DNA from: an uncultured Pseudomonadales bacterium
Lineage (GTDB): Bacteria; Patescibacteriota; Microgenomatia; UBA1400; Chazhemtobacteraceae
Direction: 5' to 3'
NCBI GenBank assembly: GCA_964618725.1
Contig: CAZUBK010000004.1
Coordinates: 79,485-143,484, forward strand
DNA: 64,000 nucleotides
Positions 57,517 through 64,000 of the stretch are shown here, piece by piece. The position numbers were made by a program, and so were the translations under genes. Numbering within the stretch: the first letter of the stretch is position 1; each line of letters begins with the position of its first letter. Below the pieces are notes generated by a model that was given only the letters and a program-made list of their open reading frames with translations, was not told where the DNA came from and made no database searches.

Positions 57517-57980
57517 TGATCAAAGTTGCTCGTTACGCTGGAATCAAAGTCACTCAGTCCAATAATACTCTGATGATTAGTGGCACCTCGCTGAGCATCA
57601 ACGCAAAGTGGGCCGCCAGCCAGTTTGCCAAAAAATATGGTTATGAACTCGATACTGAGTTAGCGAAACGGGAGTATCCCACCCTTCATTTCGTGGTTGG
57701 CATTAAACCCAAGGTCACTTACACGGACGGCAACATTCTTGTCACCGGACTTGATGCCAATGGTACACAAAGTATTCAATCCATTCTCGAGTTGGCTTTG
57801 GAATACACTCGGGAAAACCAGTTGATTCTCGACTCAATCGACCCCGAACAGATCGTGTATCTCCATCTGATTACTTCAGATGGTCATATCCCGGCCTATC
57901 TCATTCCTGCCAAACCAATTACCTGGATCCGCCCGGAACCAACCGCGCACTCGCCTCTTGGCATGCCAGACGCCTGGTGA
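57516..57980 (+). CDS. Hypothetical protein (154 aa)
   Basis: TAATG overlap, SD GGAG, terminator 57989-58009. Confidence 0.7.
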   Translation: MIKVARYAGIKVTQSNNTLMISGTSLSINAKWAASQFAKKYGYELDTELAKREYPTLHFVVGIKPKVTYTDGNILVTGLDANGTQSIQSILELALEYTRENQLILDSIDPEQIVYLHLITSDGHIPAYLIPAKPITWIRPEPTAHSPLGMPDAW

Positions 57981-58012
57981 TATATCTCGACCCCCTCTCA
58001 CAGGGGGTCATT

Positions 58013-59005
58013 TTATACTTTCTTGAGTAACATCTTCTTCAACTCCTCAATCCCTTTTCCTGTTGCTGCCGAAACAGGCAGAATATCCACTCCCTTGTCC
58101 GCCAAATACCCGACTATTTGCTCCACCTCTCCTTCTCCCAACACATCGATTTTACTTAACACCACTATCTCTTTTTTCTTTAATAGCTTCTTGTCGTATT
58201 CCTCCATCTCTTTGCTGACTATCTGATAACTCTCCCACAATGCGGCAGGTTCCCTACCTTCCAGAACATGGACCAAAACTCTCGTCCTCTCAATGTGGCG
58301 CAGAAACTCATCTCCCAAACCCCTACCATGACTTGCCCCTTCAATCAATCCAGGAATATCGGCAACAACAATCCCTTTCCTCTCTTTTCTTCCTCCCACC
58401 TCTAATACTCCCAGGTTTGGCACCAAAGTCGTGAAGGGGTAATCGGCGATCACCGGATTTGCCCGAGTTAATACACTAAGAAGGGTGCTTTTCCCCGCAT
58501 TCGGCAGCCCTATCAATCCTACCTCAGCTAATAGTTTCAACTCTAAAATCAATTCTCTCTCTTCTCCCCGTGTCCCTTCCTCAAACTCCATTGGCGTCTG
58601 ATTTGATGCACTTCTAAATCGCCAGTTTCCTCGTCCACCTCTACCTGCCTGCACCACCATTATTCTTAGTCCTTCTTCATTAAGATCCAAAATATGATTC
58701 TCTCCCCGCCTATCTTGATATTTAACTAACGTTCCTACCGGCACTTTTAAAATCACATCCAACCCGCCTCTCCCCGTCATCTTGTTTATTCCTCCCGGTT
58801 TGCCGCTCTCTGCCTCAAATTCTTTTTTGTAGCGAAAATTGATCAAAGTGTTCAAATTTCGGTCCGTCTCTACATATATTGATCCACCATCCCCTCCATC
58901 ACCGCCGTCAGGTCCTCCTTTTGGTTGATGTCGTGATCTCAAGAAATGAACCATCCCGTTTCCTCCATCTCCCGCCTTCACTTGTATTTCCGCATAGTCT
59001 ATCAT
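58013..59005 (-). CDS. obgE: GTPase ObgE/CgtA
   Basis: AGDGGNG, GGPDGGDGGDGG, GLPNAGKST, DYPFTTL.PNLG, DIPGLIEGA. Confidence 0.97.
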   Translation of the reverse strand: MIDYAEIQVKAGDGGNGMVHFLRSRHQPKGGPDGGDGGDGGSIYVETDRNLNTLINFRYKKEFEAESGKPGGINKMTGRGGLDVILKVPVGTLVKYQDRRGENHILDLNEEGLRIMVVQAGRGGRGNWRFRSASNQTPMEFEEGTRGEERELILELKLLAEVGLIGLPNAGKSTLLSVLTRANPVIADYPFTTLVPNLGVLEVGGRKERKGIVVADIPGLIEGASHGRGLGDEFLRHIERTRVLVHVLEGREPAALWESYQIVSKEMEEYDKKLLKKKEIVVLSKIDVLGEGEVEQIVGYLADKGVDILPVSAATGKGIEELKKMLLKKV

Positions 59006-59059
59006 TTGTCCTATTTTAGCATTGATTATCCTCAAATGCTATGAGTCTGAAAATATTCT

Positions 59060-60298
59060 CTACTTCAAGAAACTCAATGGATTAAGCCCCACTCCCGTCT
59101 GCCGGATCTCGAAGTGTAGATGCGTCCCAGTTGACCGACCGGTCGATCCCATCGCCCCCAAGACATCCCCTCTCTTTACCGATTGACCTGCCACCACATT
59201 AAACTTACTCAAATGAGCATACAGCGTCCTAAATCCATTCCCATGATCGATCACTACTCTGTTTCCATATCCAAAATTATCCGGCCAACCTGCCACCACT
59301 ACTCGTCCCGAATCAGCCGCCAAAATCGACCCTCCCGCCTTGTTTGCGATATCAATCGCCGTATGCCACGGTCTCCAGGGCTGAGTAATCCGTCCCGCCG
59401 CTGGCCAAATCCACGTTCCTGTCGCCGAGACCGCTCCTGCATCTGGTGTCAGGACTCTCGCAATACTGCTCGCTGGTGACCACGTCACCTCTGTCTTTAC
59501 TCCGTCAGGAACATAAAGAGTTTGCCCTATCGCCAAAGCAAAGGTCTCATCATTGGTAAAGATATTGAACGGAAAATCCACCATTGACTGCGCATCAGTG
59601 TCATATTTCTTAGCAATCGAATATATCGTCTCCCCACTTTTAACCATATGCACCACTCCCGTTATCGGAGGGATCTTCAACGTCTGGCCCGGCTTAATAC
59701 TGTTAACCGACACCACTTTATCTTCATTTTCCCATCTGATCGTATCCGTACTCACTCCGAACTTTTCTGCAATAGAACTCAAGGTGTCTCCCGTTTGAAC
59801 TTCATAATCTACCACCTCTGACCTTGGCTTATTACTTTCCTCTGTTTGCGTATTGATTCCAATATTTGTTCCAAGGATTACTCCTCCCACGCCACGACTC
59901 TCTTCATCATTTCCCAGAGGCAACGAGGCCACTTCTGTCGCACTTTCCCCAAATACTCTCTGTGTCCATTGCTTTTGCGTTGCATCACTCCCCGACAAAA
60001 TCGCCGGTCCCAGTGTCAACCCAAAAAAAACCAACATCACCATCCCGACATGAACAAATATTCCTGCATATTTCCCCCGTTGTCGATACATCCCTCCCAC
60101 CAAGACTCCCTTACCTGCTTCAAAACTACCAAAGTATCCACTTATTCTTTGTTTAAGATAGTTACTAAATACAACCAAAAACGTTCCGAATTCCTCAATC
60201 CACTCAATCCATAGCTTCTGCCACCAACCTTTTGTATTTTGGCGCTCGAGTCGCTTCCATCTAGTCTCTAACATGACAACTAAGTATTGTAACATCAA
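59060..60298 (-). CDS. LysM x2 + M23 peptidase
   Basis: YEVQTGDTLSSIAEKFGVS, HTAIDIA, YAHL, GSTGRSTGTHLHFEIR; exact start uncertain. Confidence 0.93.
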   Translation of the reverse strand: MMLQYLVVMLETRWKRLERQNTKGWWQKLWIEWIEEFGTFLVVFSNYLKQRISGYFGSFEAGKGVLVGGMYRQRGKYAGIFVHVGMVMLVFFGLTLGPAILSGSDATQKQWTQRVFGESATEVASLPLGNDEESRGVGGVILGTNIGINTQTEESNKPRSEVVDYEVQTGDTLSSIAEKFGVSTDTIRWENEDKVVSVNSIKPGQTLKIPPITGVVHMVKSGETIYSIAKKYDTDAQSMVDFPFNIFTNDETFALAIGQTLYVPDGVKTEVTWSPASSIARVLTPDAGAVSATGTWIWPAAGRITQPWRPWHTAIDIANKAGGSILAADSGRVVVAGWPDNFGYGNRVVIDHGNGFRTLYAHLSKFNVVAGQSVKRGDVLGAMGSTGRSTGTHLHFEIRQTGVGLNPLSFLK

Positions 60299-60338
60299 TA
60301 ATTTGACATTTTTGAAAGTTTAATATAGGATTAAGAAC

Positions 60339-60440
60339 ATGACTACTAAAATTAGCAACCCTCTCTGCCCCTTCAACCGATTAAAACTCGGTGCCTTAAC
60401 AGTTCATCTTTTTGTCGCGGCTTTTGACCGGGAAACCTAA
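60339..60440 (+). CDS. Putative leaderless leader peptide, 33 aa (MTTKISNPLCPFNRLKLGALTVHLFVAAFDRET)
   Basis: TTGACA-17-TAGGAT-7 nt-ATG; followed by hairpin before ABC transporter. Confidence 0.45.
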   Translation: MTTKISNPLCPFNRLKLGALTVHLFVAAFDRET

Positions 60441-60462
60441 AAACATTCTTTTCCTCTTGATC

Positions 60463-60491
60463 AAACGCTGCGGCACAATCCGCAGCGTTTT
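60463..60491 (+). terminator. Terminator/attenuator upstream of ABC exporter
   Basis: AAACGCTGCGG-cacaat-CCGCAGCGTTTT. Confidence 0.7.
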
Positions 60492-60530
60492 CGGTATTAG
60501 CTCTTTAACAAATTATTCATAGGAGGAAAT

Positions 60531-62378
60531 GTGACTTTCTCAAACCATCCCCGGGGATCAATTGTCGTCAAAACCGCCATTCATTTCCGTCGTCTTCATC
60601 GTCAAATCACTCGCTTAAACAAAACCATAATTAGTCTCTACCATCTTACTAAACCTTTTCACCCCACCATTCTTGGTTTCTTCGCCATTCTTGGCCTTTA
60701 CGAGGGTCTTCAAGCCGCTGACTCGCTTTTCCCTAGTCTGATCGTCAGCTTTGCCTTAAGGCAAGCTACTCTTGCTCACTGGATTGGCTTGTTTGTTGCC
60801 ATTCTCGTCATGAGTGCTGTCCACATTTGGCTTGATAACAAGCTCGACTGGGTCATCATCATGAACCTGAGCAACCCCGTCTATATCCACCTCAAGGAAA
60901 TTGCCTTCAGTAAACTTCTTAATCTTCATATGGCTTGGCACCAAGCGACCAACTCCGGCGCCGAAGTCGGCAAAGTCCAGCGTGGCGTCGACAAGACGCA
61001 AGAGATCTTTAGCTTATGTCTTTGGGAATTCGTTCCCACTCTCGTTCAGAGTCTCATCGATGCCGTTATCTTGCTTGTCAGAAGCCCTTTTGTTTTGATT
61101 AATATGATTCTTTCTTTAGTCATCTTCATGTATCTTTCTCTGAGCAACTTCGTCAAACGCACTTGGCCTCGTCGCAAACGGCACGACGATTACGAAGACG
61201 AGTGGATCCTCTTTAATCAATCGACCGAATCCGCCGCCGTTGAAACCATCAAAAGCTATGGTCAAGTCGACCACTACGTCGATCGCCTCCGGACTATTCT
61301 CTATGACATCAAGCACCAGGCCGGTATTGAAAGCCAAATCGGCATCTACGGTTACAATCGTCCCCGTATCGCCATCATCAAGGCCTCCCGTACCCTCAAT
61401 TGGGTCATCTGGGCCCTCCAAATGCAAAGCGGTACCCTCACCATCCCTGAGTTTATCTTTCTTCAAACCCGTGCCGAAAAGATCTTTCATTCATACTGGC
61501 GCTTTGCCCGTCTCTTTGAACAGTTCCAGGAAGCCGTCGAAAGCGTCGATCGCCTTATGCGCGTCCTCGCTACGACACCCCAGATTGATAGTAGTCTCGG
61601 TGAACAGTTCCAAGATGTTACCCCAACCATCTCAATTGAGGATCTCCAGTTCACCTATCCCTCCAGCAACAGCAAAAATAACGGTGGCCTCCATGGCATT
61701 AATCTAAATATTGCTGCCGGCGAAGTTGTCGGCGTTGTCGGCACCTCCGGAGCGGGTAAAACCACTCTCCGCCGCCTCATTACCGGCCTCTGGCTGGCCA
61801 ATGCAGGGCAAATCCTCATCGGCGGACACACGATCAATGAATGGAATCCAAACGCCCTCTTGTCTCAATTTGCCTATGTACCTCAAGGCCACGACGTTGT
61901 CCTCTGGGATTTTCTCACTATGGGTGAAAATATCAGCCTCTCTCGCCCCACTGCTACTCAAGAAGAGATCGAAACCGCTGCCCACCTCGCTGGCATCCAC
62001 GACTATATCGTGAGCCTCAAAGGAGGTTACTCTTCTAAGGTTGGTGAACGTGGCGTCCATCTTTCTGGCGGTCAAAAACAGCGCCTTGCCCTAGCTCGTG
62101 CCATTCTGGCTGATCGCCCCTTCTTCATTCTTGATGAAGCTACCAGCAGCGTCGACAAAATCACCGAACATGAAATCCAGAAAAACCTCAAAAGTGGCCT
62201 TCTGGCCGGAAAAACCGTCATCGTCATCGCCCACAACCTAAGCACGGTTTGGGACATTGCTGACCGTATTATCGTCATGCAGCATGGCCGCATTATCGAG
62301 CAAGGCAGTCACGAAGAGCTCCTAACTCAAAAAGGCGTCTATGCCCAAATGGCTGCCCTACAAGGTGGCTCACACTAA
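60531..62378 (+). CDS. ABC exporter, fused permease/ATPase (MsbA/Atm1-like)
   Basis: TM domain, GTSGAGKTT, LSGGQKQR, ILDEATS, IAH; SD AGGAGG. Confidence 0.93.
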   Translation: MTFSNHPRGSIVVKTAIHFRRLHRQITRLNKTIISLYHLTKPFHPTILGFFAILGLYEGLQAADSLFPSLIVSFALRQATLAHWIGLFVAILVMSAVHIWLDNKLDWVIIMNLSNPVYIHLKEIAFSKLLNLHMAWHQATNSGAEVGKVQRGVDKTQEIFSLCLWEFVPTLVQSLIDAVILLVRSPFVLINMILSLVIFMYLSLSNFVKRTWPRRKRHDDYEDEWILFNQSTESAAVETIKSYGQVDHYVDRLRTILYDIKHQAGIESQIGIYGYNRPRIAIIKASRTLNWVIWALQMQSGTLTIPEFIFLQTRAEKIFHSYWRFARLFEQFQEAVESVDRLMRVLATTPQIDSSLGEQFQDVTPTISIEDLQFTYPSSNSKNNGGLHGINLNIAAGEVVGVVGTSGAGKTTLRRLITGLWLANAGQILIGGHTINEWNPNALLSQFAYVPQGHDVVLWDFLTMGENISLSRPTATQEEIETAAHLAGIHDYIVSLKGGYSSKVGERGVHLSGGQKQRLALARAILADRPFFILDEATSSVDKITEHEIQKNLKSGLLAGKTVIVIAHNLSTVWDIADRIIVMQHGRIIEQGSHEELLTQKGVYAQMAALQGGSH

Positions 62379-62382
62379 CGAA

Positions 62383-62415
62383 AACCCCTCTCAATTGAGA
62401 GGGGTTCTTTTTTTT
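62383..62415. terminator. Bidirectional intrinsic terminator
   Basis: AACCCCTCTCAATTGAGAGGGGTT + T run. Confidence 0.85.
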
Positions 62416-62424
62416 GCCCAATGG

Positions 62425-62718
62425 CTAGCGGCGGCGGCCGCCACCCCCATGGGGGGCAGCCTTCTTCTGGCGCGCCTTTTCCTCCGCCTTGACGACGGAG
62501 GGTGACTTGTAAACCGCCACCAACATCAGCGTCCGGCCAGAGCCGGGATGACGCCCGTACAGGCCGTAGCCCTGAGGCCCGTTTTGAAGGGTGGCGACCA
62601 CCGTCACGAACCGTGTCTGGAGCTTCGCTCCAGTCTCGGTTGTGACAACCTCGCGGACCTTGAAGGTCACGGTCGGCCGACGCTCGATGTCCCAGCCTGC
62701 CACTTTGAAAGTTGCCAT
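62425..62718 (-). CDS. Small basic hypothetical protein (97 aa, GC-rich)
   Basis: SD AAGGAGG, promoter TTGACA-17-TATATT (minus strand, about 62768-62796). Confidence 0.75.
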   Translation of the reverse strand: MATFKVAGWDIERRPTVTFKVREVVTTETGAKLQTRFVTVVATLQNGPQGYGLYGRHPGSGRTLMLVAVYKSPSVVKAEEKARQKKAAPHGGGGRRR

Positions 62719-62920
62719 CGTTTCCTCCTTGAAAATGCTGTCACAGCTGAGGGAATCGATAACCCGTAATATACTACAAAATCACCTATTTGTCAAGTCA
62801 TGGGCCGTTGGCCCGAAGATCCCGAGCGTAGCGAGGGACCACAATTTACAAGAATATTCCATTGACTTTCAGACCCCAATATGGTACTATAAGTTTATCA
62901 AAATCTACGGAGGGCAAAAA

Positions 62921-63010
62921 ATGACTTGGCTTCTGGGCAAGATCATCGCGGTGGCCTTGTTCACCGCCGCAACTATGATGGTGGGCCTCACCATCGCCCG
63001 CCTGTTTTAG
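62921..63010 (+). CDS. Small hydrophobic peptide, 29 aa (MTWLLGKIIAVALFTAATMMVGLTIARLF)
   Basis: TTGACT-17-TACTAT promoter, SD GGAGG, terminator 63022-63046. Confidence 0.65.
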   Translation: MTWLLGKIIAVALFTAATMMVGLTIARLF

Positions 63011-63073
63011 ATCTCGATTCCAAACCCCCGCCTTGTGCGGGGTTTTCCTTACAAGGTTCGTAACCTTGCTTTT

Positions 63074-64000
63074 TCATCCCTTCAGACTGGCCAAGAATTC
63101 TTTATTTGTCTTCGTCTTCTTCAATCGTTCCAGCAAGACATCAGTTCGCTCTCCGTCATTAAGCATGTCAAGCATCCTCCGCATCAGGATAATATTTTGG
63201 TATTCCGCTGAGCCAAAGAGCAAATCCTCTCGTCTGGTACTGGAGGCCTGGACATCCACCGAGGGGAAGATCCTCCGGTTAGCCAGCTTACGGTCAAGCA
63301 CCAACTCCATGTTGCCCGTTCCCTTGAACTCTTCGTAAACCAGATCGTCCATTCGGGAACCGGTATCGACCAAGGCCGTACCAATAATGGTTAACGATCC
63401 ACCGTTTTCCATCTTTCTCGCCGCCCCGAAAAATCTCTTAGGAGGGAACAAGGCAGCCGGATCAAATCCTCCGGACAATGTCCTTCCCGAAGTCGGCATC
63501 GCCAGGTTGTAAGCACGAGCCAAGCGCGTAATCGAGTCAAGGAGTATAACTACATCTGCGCCTTGTTCAACCATTCTTCGCGCTCGCTCTAAAGCGATTT
63601 CTGCTACTCGAGTCTGGTCTTCCGGTCTCTCGTCAAAGTTACTCGCAAAGGTCTCCCCCGGCATCTTACTTTTCTTAGTGATTGCTTCAATGTGTCTGGC
63701 AATATCCGTCACCTCCTCGGGACGTTCCCCGATTAAAACTGCCATTAAATGAATCTCTGGATAATTTGCCGCCATTCCCGTCGACATCTCTTTGATTACC
63801 GTTGTTTTACCGGCCTTCGGTTGGGCCACAATCATGCCCCGCTGCCCCTTACCAATCGGCGCCACCAAATCGATCAAACGGGTTGACAGCGGTTCCGGGC
63901 CTGTCTCTAGCGTTAGCTTCTCAAACGGATAAATGGGCGTCAGTTGATCAAACTTAGGTCGCTTGTTTAAGCCTATCATCTCTTTATCACCATTAACCGC
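63074..64000 (-). CDS. rho: Transcription termination factor Rho (5' part outside window)
   Basis: PIGKGQRG.IVA.PKAGKT, ERPEEVTD, DSITRLARAYN, TLSGG, YEEFKGTGNME. Confidence 0.97.
   Translation of the reverse strand, partial: AVNGDKEMIGLNKRPKFDQLTPIYPFEKLTLETGPEPLSTRLIDLVAPIGKGQRGMIVAQPKAGKTTVIKEMSTGMAANYPEIHLMAVLIGERPEEVTDIARHIEAITKKSKMPGETFASNFDERPEDQTRVAEIALERARRMVEQGADVVILLDSITRLARAYNLAMPTSGRTLSGGFDPAALFPPKRFFGAARKMENGGSLTIIGTALVDTGSRMDDLVYEEFKGTGNMELVLDRKLANRRIFPSVDVQASSTRREDLLFGSAEYQNIILMRRMLDMLNDGERTDVLLERLKKTKTNKEFLASLKG

Overview
64 kb of bacterial chromosome, standard genetic code. Gene content and style suggest Patescibacteria/CPR, probably Microgenomates (inference). The + strand is strongly C/T-rich and G-poor whichever strand is coding. 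Core genes: rplA (partial), rplJ, rplL, mreB, ndk, leuS, obgE, rho (partial), a TagA-type glycosyltransferase, M16/M20/M23 peptidases and four tRNAs. There is a natural-transformation cluster (comEA, split comEC, frameshifted dprA, comM, yraN) and three toxin-antitoxin pairs. A ~16 kb surface-structure locus holds a membrane anchor-like protein, an O-antigen-ligase/TPR protein, a 2460-aa fibre-like protein with an N-terminal DNA-binding HTH, a four-helix-bundle gene and a 1518-aa multi-LamG protein. No integrase, transposase, reverse transcriptase or CRISPR array was seen. The most interesting signals are non-coding: (i) phased, mutually inverted 7-bp arrays bracketing the four-helix-bundle gene, with related arrays in frame inside other genes; (ii) three families of dispersed structured repeats, two showing compensatory changes, with all copies on the + strand; (iii) a ~200-nt structured transcript with its own promoter and terminator; (iv) conserved GC-rich junction boxes between variable LamG cores; (v) divergent tRNA-Ala genes joined by a 31-bp inverted repeat; (vi) leaderless core genes versus SD-led single-gene cassettes. 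Two ~1.2 kb stretches (about 9990-11200 and 48000-49140) have no credible ORF or structure and remain unexplained.
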